Shown one piece after another: positions 34,753 through 42,980 of a DNA stretch of 64,000 bases (the first letter of the stretch is position 1; each line of letters begins with the position of its first letter). The DNA comes from Candidatus Saccharimonadia bacterium. Its GTDB lineage: Bacteria; Patescibacteriota; Saccharimonadia; UBA4664. The translations under genes were made by a program, and so were the position numbers. Location of the stretch: assembly GCA_041743505.1 (NCBI GenBank), contig JBGTMQ010000020.1, positions 81,099 through 145,098 of the forward strand, given 5' to 3'. The notes below the pieces were generated by a model. The model did no database searches. It saw only the letters and a program-made list of their open reading frames with translations, and was not told where the DNA came from.

Positions 34753-34800
34753 CGGGATGACCTCTCAGACTTGAGAGTTCGTCCCGGTTTTTTCTTTTTT
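34753..34800 (+). terminator. rho-independent terminator (ccgggatgacctctca-gact-tgagagttcgtcccgg + T-rich tract)
   Basis: 14/16-bp stem followed by ttttttcttttt. Confidence 0.65.
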
Positions 34801-34826
34801 ACTTAGATATAACCTAAGATAGAAGA

Positions 34827-35654
34827 ATGGATTTATCACGCATCGAGGATGTCCGCACCGCGCTTAAGCTCGCTGGCATCCGGCCCAGCAAGGGCCTCGG
34901 CCAGCATTTTTTGGTGGACAAAGACAGCCTTGAGGCTATCATGGCTGCCGCCGGACCCATCAAAGCCGACACCGTCCTCGAGATCGGTCCCGGCCTTGGT
35001 GTCATGACCGGCCCGCTCACCCAGGCCGCTGGCCACGTTGTCGCGGTCGAGACCGACCCCATCCTGGCTGACCTATTACGCCGTAACATCCCGGACAACC
35101 TGACCGTCGTTGAGCAAGACATCCTGCGCTACGACCTGCGCCAGCTGCCGGCCGGCTACAAGGTGATCGCCAACATCCCATACTACCTAACCAGCAAGAT
35201 CTTCCGTCTGCTCATCGAGAGTCCCAATCCGCCGGCTATCATGAGCCTGCTTATCCAAAAAGAAGTGGCCGAACGCATTACCGCCGAGCCCGGCCGCCTC
35301 AGTATCCTGGCCTTATCAGTTCAATATTACGGCCGGCCCGAGCTCGTGCGTATCGTGGAGCGCCATAAATTCTGGCCGGCTCCGGAGATCGACTCGGCCG
35401 TCATCCGTGTGGAGCTGACCGGCCCGGCCTTCCCGGCCGATCCGCACCAGTTGTTCCGTCTCATCAAGGCCGGCTTCGGCGAGAAGCGCAAGCAACTACG
35501 CAACGCCCTGGCCGGTGGCCTTAACTGCAGTCTGGATTGCTCAGCCGAAGTCTTAGCCGCCGCCGGCATCGAGCCCACCGCCCGGGCCCAGGAGCTCAGT
35601 TTGTCGGAGTGGGAGCGGCTGTATCACGCAACAATCAAGCGGGAACTCGTTTAA
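34827..35654 (+). CDS. rsmA: 16S rRNA (adenine1518/1519-N6)-dimethyltransferase
   Basis: GQHFLVD, VLEIGPGLGVMT (SAM motif I) and full-length KsgA similarity; 275 aa. Confidence 0.9.
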   Translation: MDLSRIEDVRTALKLAGIRPSKGLGQHFLVDKDSLEAIMAAAGPIKADTVLEIGPGLGVMTGPLTQAAGHVVAVETDPILADLLRRNIPDNLTVVEQDILRYDLRQLPAGYKVIANIPYYLTSKIFRLLIESPNPPAIMSLLIQKEVAERITAEPGRLSILALSVQYYGRPELVRIVERHKFWPAPEIDSAVIRVELTGPAFPADPHQLFRLIKAGFGEKRKQLRNALAGGLNCSLDCSAEVLAAAGIEPTARAQELSLSEWERLYHATIKRELV

Positions 35655-35782
35655 TTACAAAACGTCTGTAGATAGGTGCTAGGCTGCGGATGGATCTGCA
35701 CATTTATACTCAAAAATTGCAATATTAGTAGAATTATTTTATAATGCAAACCGTCCAATCCCTGCTTTTAGAAAGGCTCATC

Positions 35783-36115
35783 ATGGGTCGCCGTGATAGG
35801 ATCAGATTCAGCTACGATGATAGCTTGCGGGAAACGCCTAGCAGCAGCTCCCCGCCGGGTGGCAATACCGGACAAGGTGGGGACCGCACTTACAGCGGGC
35901 TTTACCATGGCACAGACGAACAGGGGAATGATGTCACGGCAGCGTTTGGCCGTGAAGACACCCCAAAAGAAGGTCATACGTTCCTTGCGGATGGCCACAA
36001 GGACGCCAACGAGTTCTACGGCGAAAATGCTGAGTACCCAGATAAGGGTCACGACCACTACAACGGTCGCGGCGGCGGCACTTCCCGCGGACGATACACG
36101 GGCGAGGGCTCGTAA
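35783..36115 (+). CDS. small Gly/Asp/His-rich hypothetical protein
   Basis: Preferred start ATG 35783 (GAAAGG upstream); the tool ORF starts at 35744. Low-complexity sequence, stress-protein-like composition. Confidence 0.4.
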   Translation: MGRRDRIRFSYDDSLRETPSSSSPPGGNTGQGGDRTYSGLYHGTDEQGNDVTAAFGREDTPKEGHTFLADGHKDANEFYGENAEYPDKGHDHYNGRGGGTSRGRYTGEGS

Positions 36116-36191
36116 CTAGCTTCAGTCCCACCCCCTGGTGTTCTACCGGGCGCCGGGGGATAATTATGTCAATAAACCAAGGATTGCAAAT

Positions 36192-36497
36192 ATGCGCCGG
36201 AAACATCCTCTTTCGGGACATCCCCTCGCCCAGGTTGCGCGAACGCTTCATTATGCTATCGGAAAAACCGAAGATCCGGGGGGGCTCACGGTCCTCAATA
36301 AGGTCACAGCCGATCTGCAGCCTCTTCTAGACGAACACTTAATCAATGGTATCGGGCGAGAGCTGAACACATGGGTCGGACTCAAGCTAGACGCGCCGGA
36401 TATGGGCGCCACCTATGGAGACGATACGCACATTACCTACCCCGAAATATTTGAGGGCTACTCTAAAACATCGGGGGGTAATTATTTTAGAGATTGA
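36192..36497 (+). CDS. small protein, tandem paralog Q1
   Basis: AAGGA 9 nt upstream of ATG 36192. Shares PL.QVA, TEDP, LQPLLD, WVGLKLDAP.MGATYGD and YPE.F with Q2. Confidence 0.45.
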   Translation: MRRKHPLSGHPLAQVARTLHYAIGKTEDPGGLTVLNKVTADLQPLLDEHLINGIGRELNTWVGLKLDAPDMGATYGDDTHITYPEIFEGYSKTSGGNYFRD

Positions 36498-36522
36498 TTC
36501 TTTTGTAGTATATGAGTAGCAA

Positions 36523-36795
36523 ATGAACCCGCAAGATCTCTCAAACACACCATTGGTACAGGTAGCTCAAATACTCTATAAAGTTATCGAAACAACCGAG
36601 GACCCGGCGGCCTTAAAGGTGCTTAGTACAATTACATACAACTTGCAACCACTCTTAGACCAGGAGCTGGTTAATGGGGTAGGGCGACTTTTAGACCTTT
36701 GGGTTGGCCTTAAGCTAGATGCCCCGGAAATGGGGGCGACATACGGGGACGGGATAAAAGTCAGTTATCCTGAGGTGTTCGGAGACACTAAATAA
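36523..36795 (+). CDS. small protein, tandem paralog Q2
   Basis: 90 aa paralog of Q1. Confidence 0.45.
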   Translation: MNPQDLSNTPLVQVAQILYKVIETTEDPAALKVLSTITYNLQPLLDQELVNGVGRLLDLWVGLKLDAPEMGATYGDGIKVSYPEVFGDTK

Positions 36796-36927
36796 TTGGT
36801 GCAATCTTGTCAAAATCCACACAGCAGAGCTCACCTGCCTGCATGGAGTGCCGGGGCATAACTATGCGTAGCCCCCACAACTATCGGGTGGCTTTACCGC
36901 TCTGCCACTGCCCGCAAACTCATATGA

Positions 36928-36956
36928 TTTGACAAAAAATTGTTATTATAATATAA
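36928..36956 (+). promoter_or_regulatory. sigma70-like promoter TTGACA-17-TATAAC
   Basis: Consensus -35 upstream of the Cys-rich small ORF and metG. Confidence 0.5.
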
Positions 36957-36994
36957 CAAGAGAACCATTCGCATCCAGAAGGGAAGATGGCAAA

Positions 36995-37150
36995 ATGGGT
37001 ATTCGAGAGGCGTGGAATCAGGCCGTGCAGAAAATAGACGAGGTCACGGGTTGCGCAGCGCCTGACCGGGGCGGCGATGAGGTCCTTATCGTCTCAGCCG
37101 ACTGCAGTCAGTGCAATGGTCCTTGTCGCGGCGGTCACGACAGGAACTGA
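36995..37150 (+). CDS. Cys-rich small ORF (51 aa; C-x17-C-x2-C-x3-C)
   Basis: AAGGGA SD upstream of ATG 36995. Sequence MGIREAWNQAVQKIDEVTGCAAPDRGGDEVLIVSADCSQCNGPCRGGHDRN. Weak evidence. Confidence 0.3.
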   Translation: MGIREAWNQAVQKIDEVTGCAAPDRGGDEVLIVSADCSQCNGPCRGGHDRN

Positions 37151-37176
37151 TCAGACGCTAGAGTTTAGTGTCCATC

Positions 37177-37211
37177 CCATCATAGTCCTGCGTTTTACAT
37201 ACCGTAAAGCG
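37177..37211 (+). promoter_or_regulatory. 15-bp-stem hairpin (one G.U wobble, 5-nt loop) between the small ORF and metG
   Basis: agtcctgcgttttac-atacc-gtaaagcgcaggact followed by ttattcat. Possible attenuator/terminator. Too short for a T-box. Confidence 0.4.
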
Positions 37212-37302
37212 CAGGACTTATTCATGCCCCGGCTCTGTCATCAATATTTGGCTGCACCTAGCCGCCCATGCTACCATGGCCAAGTTAGGAGCTTTATTAC
37301 CC

Positions 37303-38754
37303 ATGGCTAAGTTTTACGTAACCACCTCAATCGCATACACCAACGGAGCACCCCACATCGGTTACGCTATGGAATTAATTCAGGCAGACGTTTTAGCCCG
37401 CTATCACCGGCAAAAAGGCGATGAGGTCTGGTTCTTAACCGGAACCGACGAACATGGTGCCAAGATCCATCGCGCTGCTGAGGCGGCCGGCCAAACTCCT
37501 CAAGCCTACGTCGACAAAGTTAGCCAGGGCTTCCGTGATCTCATGGGCCAATTAGAGGTCTCCAACGACCAGTTTATCCGCACTACCGATCCCGCACACA
37601 AAAAAGCCGCCCAAGCCTTATGGAAGGCCTGCGTCAAAGACATTTATAAAAAACCGTATGAAGGCTGGTACTGCGAAGGTTGCGAAACGTTCTATACCGA
37701 AATCGACGCCCCCGATAAAATCTGTCCCAATCACAAGGTGCCTCTTAAGCACACCAAGGCCGAGAATTACTTTTTTCGCCTCAGTGACTACACCGACCGG
37801 GTCCGCGAGCTCATTACTTCCGGGCAACTGCTAATCCTGCCAGAATCACGCCGCAATGAACTAATAGCACTGCTGGACCGTGGTCTTGAAGACGTTAGTG
37901 TTTCGCGTGAGAAATCACAACTCGAATGGGGGGTCGAAGTCCCGGGTGATTCTAATCACGTTATGTACGTCTGGTTTGACGCGCTGACTAACTACATTAG
38001 TGCCGCAGGCTATCCGAATGGCGCGGATTTCAAGACCCGCTGGCCCGCCGACGTGCAAATCATTGGCAAAGATATTCTTCGTCATCACGGTGCTCTCTGG
38101 CCCGCCATGCTCATGAGCGCCGGCCTGCTGGTTCAAAAGGCCCTCTACGTCCATGGTTTCATCTCCAGCGAAGGCCACAAAATGAGCAAGTCCCTTGGCA
38201 ATGTTGTTGGGCCACAAGACGTTATCGACAAGTACAGCGTCGACGCGCTCCGCTACTATTTGCTCCGCGAAATTCCATCTGATGGCGACGGCGATTTTTC
38301 ATGGGCCCGCATGGACATTGTCTATAATACTGATCTTGCTAATGACCTTGGCAACCTGGTCCAGCGCGTGGCTGTGATGGTCACCAAATACTTCAATGGC
38401 CAGCTCGGTGAATTGCCCCAGCATTCGCACGACACCCGCCCATATCAGGACGCCATGGAAGACCTGCGCTTTGACCGGGCGCTGTCCGAGGTGTGGCTGC
38501 TGGTCCGGGGTCTCAACCAGTACCTCGAAGAAGAAAAGCCCTGGGCGCTGGCTAAAACCGACGTCAACCAACTTGGCGAGGTTTTACATCACGCCGTCGC
38601 CGACCTCATCCAAATCGCCATGCTGCTGATGCCATTTATGCCGGTAACCGCCCAAAAAATTGCCGCCACCTTCGCCGATGGGCAGGTACATCCAGAGATT
38701 GGCGTACTGTTTCCCAAGGAAGCCGCTATCGAAAAGACCACCTTCGACGTCTAA
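37303..38754 (+). CDS. metG: methionine--tRNA ligase (short form, no C-terminal tRNA-binding domain)
   Basis: TTSIAYTNGAPHIGYA (HIGH), KMSKS, and zinc-knuckle cysteines. AGGAG 10 nt upstream of ATG 37303 (the tool ORF starts at 37276). Confidence 0.9.
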   Translation: MAKFYVTTSIAYTNGAPHIGYAMELIQADVLARYHRQKGDEVWFLTGTDEHGAKIHRAAEAAGQTPQAYVDKVSQGFRDLMGQLEVSNDQFIRTTDPAHKKAAQALWKACVKDIYKKPYEGWYCEGCETFYTEIDAPDKICPNHKVPLKHTKAENYFFRLSDYTDRVRELITSGQLLILPESRRNELIALLDRGLEDVSVSREKSQLEWGVEVPGDSNHVMYVWFDALTNYISAAGYPNGADFKTRWPADVQIIGKDILRHHGALWPAMLMSAGLLVQKALYVHGFISSEGHKMSKSLGNVVGPQDVIDKYSVDALRYYLLREIPSDGDGDFSWARMDIVYNTDLANDLGNLVQRVAVMVTKYFNGQLGELPQHSHDTRPYQDAMEDLRFDRALSEVWLLVRGLNQYLEEEKPWALAKTDVNQLGEVLHHAVADLIQIAMLLMPFMPVTAQKIAATFADGQVHPEIGVLFPKEAAIEKTTFDV

Positions 38755-38770
38755 CGCATATTCCAATCAT

Positions 38771-39526
38771 ATGCTTATCGATACCCACGCACATATACAC
38801 TTCGACGAGTACCGCGAAGAAATCGACGCGGTACTGGAACGCGCCCACGCGGCCGGCGTCGAAAAAATCATCACCGTTGGCGTCGACGAACTTGATTCAG
38901 CCCAGGCCATAGCGGTAGCGCGCGCCTACAATAACGTTTGGGCCACCGCCGGCCTACACCCCCACGACGCCGACCGCGGCTACGAAGCCCTCGAAGAGGT
39001 TGCCCGCCTGTCCGGGTTCGAGCAAGTCGTGGCCATCGGCGAATGCGGCCTGGACTATTTCCGCAGCGAGACCAGTCCCGAGGATCAGGAGCGTGCCCTC
39101 AGATTCCAGATCGAACTGGCACTCGGGCGAAACCTGCCCCTGATCTTCCATGTCCGCGATGCCTTTGACGATTTTTTCCGTATTACAGACGAATACGATG
39201 GCGTGACCGGCCTGGTTCACTGCTTTACTGCTGGTGTCAAAGAGATGAACGGCGCCGTCGACCGCGGACTCTTTGTGGCGCTCAATGGTATCATGACCTT
39301 TACCAAAAACGAGCAGCAACTCGAGGCCGCCCGTCAATTGCCCCTGGACCGCCTCGTCCTCGAAACCGATTGCCCGTTCCTCGCACCTGTGCCGCGCCGC
39401 GGTAAGCGCAACGAGCCGGCCAATCTCGCGCTCACCGCCGAGTTCCTGGCCAAGTTGCGCGGCGAGCCACTCGAGGACCTATCGTCAGCCACCACCCACA
39501 ACGCCGGGCGGCTGTTTCGGGTATAA
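38771..39526 (+). CDS. TatD-family metal-dependent hydrolase/DNase
   Basis: MLIDTHAHIHF start, typical TatD His/Asp/Glu pattern, 251 aa. 16 nt after the metG stop. Confidence 0.85.
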   Translation: MLIDTHAHIHFDEYREEIDAVLERAHAAGVEKIITVGVDELDSAQAIAVARAYNNVWATAGLHPHDADRGYEALEEVARLSGFEQVVAIGECGLDYFRSETSPEDQERALRFQIELALGRNLPLIFHVRDAFDDFFRITDEYDGVTGLVHCFTAGVKEMNGAVDRGLFVALNGIMTFTKNEQQLEAARQLPLDRLVLETDCPFLAPVPRRGKRNEPANLALTAEFLAKLRGEPLEDLSSATTHNAGRLFRV

Positions 39527-39539
39527 AAGTGTTTTCAGC

Positions 39540-39568
39540 TTGCATGTTCGGTAAATGTTCGCTATAAT
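39540..39568 (+). promoter_or_regulatory. sigma70-like promoter TTGCAT-17-TATAAT
   Basis: Near-consensus promoter that would give a long (~230 nt) GC-rich leader before CDS 39807. Confidence 0.5.
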
Positions 39569-39806
39569 CAAGACAATATCATTAATAATAGGTGCATGGT
39601 TATGGTTGAGACCATCTGGAACTTATCGTATCATCGGGTTATGAGCCGGACTGCGACAACCAAAACAATGAATCGCCACTGGGCTTCTCTGGTCCAGTCT
39701 CTCGACGTGCGCACCCGGCCCGGGTCCGTTGCGCCTCCCCCCGGCCAATCCGTTGAAGAGGCTTGGACAACCACCGGCACCTATCTGCGACAGGCGTTAC
39801 ACAACT

Positions 39807-40202
39807 ATGGCAGACAAGCATCCCGAAATCGTTCCGGCCGCCAGACCGGCTAGTCCACAACCCGACTCCTCAGTCGACCTTGAGTTGCATCTGGGTCCGC
39901 TGCCGCACGCGAACGATTTCGCCGAGTACGACCGGATTCTACCCGGCGCCGCCCATCGCATTCTCAAAATGGCCGAGCGGGAGCAGGTTTCGCGCCTCCG
40001 GCTGCGCTGGGGTGATTGGCTGGCCAATCTTCTCGCCATGATCCTGGGCCGTCTGTTCCTCTATACGTTACTCGTAGCAGCCGTTTACCTGGCCATCAAT
40101 GACAAGCCATTAGAAGCACTCCTGGCCGGGCTTGCCCCCATCGTAGTAACGATTTATGCTAACACCCGCAAAAGCGATACCGAATCTGGAGACGAATCCT
40201 GA
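39807..40202 (+). CDS. DUF2335-like membrane protein
   Basis: HLGPLPHANDFAEYDRILPGAAHRILKMAEREQVSR matches the conserved DUF2335 N-terminal motif, followed by 2 TM helices. Start ATG 39807. Confidence 0.5.
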   Translation: MADKHPEIVPAARPASPQPDSSVDLELHLGPLPHANDFAEYDRILPGAAHRILKMAEREQVSRLRLRWGDWLANLLAMILGRLFLYTLLVAAVYLAINDKPLEALLAGLAPIVVTIYANTRKSDTESGDES

Positions 40203-41368
40203 AGCCAATTTATCTCGATCATGCCGCCACCACCCCGCTCGACCCGCGGGTGCTTGATGTCATGCGGCCATATTTGGAAGATGAGTTCGCCAATCCATCC
40301 AGCCTGTATACCGCCGCCCGCAGGACTAGACAGGCTGTCGAGCAGGCCCGCTACCAGATAGCAGGTATTCTCGGTGCCAAGCCAACCGAAATCATTTTTG
40401 TTAGCGGCGGCACCGAAAGCAACAATCTGGCGGTGCAGGGCGTATTGCGGGCGCAATCGGGTGCGCATTGGGTGGCCAGCGCCATTGAGCATGACGCGGT
40501 ACTGGGCCAAACCGCCCCAATGGCGTCGCAGGATCACAAAGCCACCGTCGTAGCCGTACAGCCAAACGGCATCGTCGACCCGGCGATGGTGGAAGCTGCC
40601 ATTACCGATGAAACGGTACTAGTGAGTTTAATGCTAGCCAATAACGAGATCGGCACCATTCAGCCAGTGGCCGCCACTGCCAAATTGATTCACGTCCTGC
40701 GCCAGGACCGGGCAGGCCGGGGCATCAAGCGGCCGCTTTACCTCCATACCGACGCCACCCAGGCAGCCAACTACTTAGATTTACACGTCACGCGGCACGG
40801 CGTGGATTTGCTGTCGCTCAGTGGATCCAAAATCTACGGGCCCAAGGGCACCGGCATTCTGTACGTGCGCCAAGGTACGCAGCTCGAGCCATTGATGTAT
40901 GGTGGCGGCCAAGAGCGCGGCCGCCGCAGCGGCACCGAGAATGTGGCCGGCGCAGTCGGGTTAGCCGCCGCACTCGAAAACGCCCAAGCCGGCCGTGAGT
41001 CCGAGGGACACCGCTTGGCCCAGCTGCGCGATGAGGTTATTCGCCGCCTGCTGAAAACCATCCCCGGCGCCAAACTCAATGGTGACCCCAAACGCCGTTT
41101 GCCCAATAACGTTAGTCTCACCATCCCCGGCGCCGAAGGCGAAGCCCTGGTGCTGTACCTGGAGCAGGCAGGAATCCTGGCCTCCACCGGTTCGGCTTGC
41201 TCCAGCAGCGATCTCGACCCGTCACATGTCCTTCTGGCCATCGGCCGCACAACGGAAGAGGCCGGCTCGTCACTCAGATTAACCCTGGGCCAAAGCACCG
41301 ACACGGCGGCCGTCCACCAAGTCATTGATAAACTGCCGTCAGTCGCGACCAGGGTACGCGAGCTTTAG
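40199..41368 (+). CDS. cysteine desulfurase (IscS/NifS family, class V aminotransferase)
   Basis: KPIYLDHAATTPLDPRV N-terminus, SGSKIYGPKG (PLP lysine) and SACSS (active-site Cys). The conserved N-terminus lies upstream of the first ATG/GTG/TTG in frame. The only in-frame candidates are CTG 40199 or ATC 40196, overlapping the upstream TGA. Confidence 0.85.
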   Translation: MKPIYLDHAATTPLDPRVLDVMRPYLEDEFANPSSLYTAARRTRQAVEQARYQIAGILGAKPTEIIFVSGGTESNNLAVQGVLRAQSGAHWVASAIEHDAVLGQTAPMASQDHKATVVAVQPNGIVDPAMVEAAITDETVLVSLMLANNEIGTIQPVAATAKLIHVLRQDRAGRGIKRPLYLHTDATQAANYLDLHVTRHGVDLLSLSGSKIYGPKGTGILYVRQGTQLEPLMYGGGQERGRRSGTENVAGAVGLAAALENAQAGRESEGHRLAQLRDEVIRRLLKTIPGAKLNGDPKRRLPNNVSLTIPGAEGEALVLYLEQAGILASTGSACSSSDLDPSHVLLAIGRTTEEAGSSLRLTLGQSTDTAAVHQVIDKLPSVATRVREL

Positions 41369-41374
41369 CGCATT

Positions 41375-41383
41375 TGATACAAT
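41375..41383 (+). promoter_or_regulatory. extended -10 TGaTACAAT, 6 nt upstream of ATG 41390 (leaderless)
   Basis: Same TGATACAAT element occurs 7 nt upstream of the alaS ATG. Confidence 0.45.
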
Positions 41384-41389
41384 AAAAGT

Positions 41390-41983
41390 ATGATGAGGGT
41401 CCTCGCCGTTACAGGCATCTTGCTTGCGCTTTTAATGGCTGTTGTTATTGGTGGATTCTTTGGCCTCGGTCTTTATTTGTCGCCGCAAGACCCACTGGCC
41501 AAAGCCGATGCGATCGTGGCTATCTCCGGTGGGGAGACTGATGCCAGGACCGATGAAGCAGTGCGTCTGTATCGTGATGGTTGGGCTCGGCACATAATTT
41601 TCTCCGGTGCCGCCCTCGACCCCAACGGGCCGTCCAACGCCCGCGCCATGGCCAACCGCGCCGAGAGCCAGGGTATACCACCATCCGTCGTCTCGCTGGA
41701 TGAGATGTCCACGAATACGCGTGAAAATGCGGCTAATGTCACCAAAATCGTCAAGCACTTGGGCGATCACTCGATAATCCTCGTCACGTCCCCATATCAC
41801 CAGCGGCGCGCCGACATCGTATTCAAGCGCGCCCTTGGCCCAGGCTATTCCCTTATCAATCATTCTTCATACGATCAGAATTGGCGCCGGTCACATTGGT
41901 GGGCCACCACCTATAGCCGCGACCTGACTGTCTCGGAATCACAAAAGGTTGTATATGAACTCCTGAACGGACAGTCGCAATGA
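41390..41983 (+). CDS. DUF218 / YdcF-SanA-family protein
   Basis: AIVAISGG...RHIIFSGA...E..STNTRENA pattern typical of DUF218, with an N-terminal TM helix. Confidence 0.65.
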   Translation: MMRVLAVTGILLALLMAVVIGGFFGLGLYLSPQDPLAKADAIVAISGGETDARTDEAVRLYRDGWARHIIFSGAALDPNGPSNARAMANRAESQGIPPSVVSLDEMSTNTRENAANVTKIVKHLGDHSIILVTSPYHQRRADIVFKRALGPGYSLINHSSYDQNWRRSHWWATTYSRDLTVSESQKVVYELLNGQSQ

Positions 41984-42945
41984 TCCTCGTCGACATTGCC
42001 ATCTTGGCTGTTATCGCTATAGGAGGTTATAAAGGCATCCGGCGGGGAGTCATCCTGGTATCACTCGAATTCCTGAGCTTCGTGATCGCGACCGTCGTGG
42101 CCCTGGCTCTGTACCGTATGGCTGGACCCATAATAAAAGATTTTGCCGCCATTACATTACCATTAGCCAATCTCAGCGCCTTCCTCATCATCTGGACCGT
42201 TACCGAAGTACTTTGCGGCCTCATTATCCGTTACGGGCTTCTATCGCGCCTGCGAAACAAGCTGCAACCATCCTGGATAACCCGGACAGGCGGAGCCGTG
42301 TTAAATGGCCTAAAAATAACCACGCTAGTAGCCGTCGGGTTAATTTTGTTTGCCGGGCTGCCACTATCGGCCGAAATCAAACAGCCCGTCACCGACTCGT
42401 ATATCGGCCGGGCGTTTCTCGGCCTGGGCGGGCCGCTGCGACAATGGTTGGGCAATGGCTTGGGTGGTGACCTCGGTGAAGCCCTCAATGTCTTTACTGT
42501 TACCTCACCCCCCGACGGCGGCAAAAAAGTTGATCTTGGCTTTACCACAACCGAGGTCAAAGACAATCCCGCAGCGGAACAAACTATGCTGGAGCTGGCC
42601 AACCACGAGCGCAGCTCACGCGGCCTGCCGCCGTTAACCGTCAATGAGCCGGCCCGCCAAGCCGCCAGGGCCTACTCCACCCGCATGTTAGCCGAGGGCT
42701 ATTTTAGTCACAAAGATCCGGACGGCCATAGCCCGTTCGACCGGCTAAAAGCCGGCGGTGTTAAATTCCGCTCCGCCGGCGAAAATCTAGCTCTAGCGCC
42801 AACGGCCCAGTTGGCCCACCAGGGACTTATGAACTCACCGGGCCACCGGGCCAACATATTGTCAAAGAATTACCACAAGGTCGGCATCGGTGTCATCGAT
42901 GCGGGCCCGCACGGCCTGATGGTCACCCAAGAGTTTACGGACTAG
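41980..42945 (+). CDS. CvpA-family membrane domain fused to CAP/SCP/PR-1-like domain
   Basis: N-terminal CvpA-like 4-TM region. C-terminal GYFSHKDPDGHSPFDRL...GENLA...HRANIL CAP-domain motifs. ATGA overlap with the upstream gene. Confidence 0.65.
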   Translation: MILVDIAILAVIAIGGYKGIRRGVILVSLEFLSFVIATVVALALYRMAGPIIKDFAAITLPLANLSAFLIIWTVTEVLCGLIIRYGLLSRLRNKLQPSWITRTGGAVLNGLKITTLVAVGLILFAGLPLSAEIKQPVTDSYIGRAFLGLGGPLRQWLGNGLGGDLGEALNVFTVTSPPDGGKKVDLGFTTTEVKDNPAAEQTMLELANHERSSRGLPPLTVNEPARQAARAYSTRMLAEGYFSHKDPDGHSPFDRLKAGGVKFRSAGENLALAPTAQLAHQGLMNSPGHRANILSKNYHKVGIGVIDAGPHGLMVTQEFTD

Positions 42946-42980
42946 ATTAGTTCGTTGTTCTTTAGTAGAATTGTCAAGTT

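Noticed and set aside
37151-37302. T-box riboswitch upstream of metG
   Set aside because: The leader is only about 125 nt with a single long hairpin, far shorter than a T-box (about 250 nt with specifier loop and antiterminator). No T-box consensus sequence was seen.
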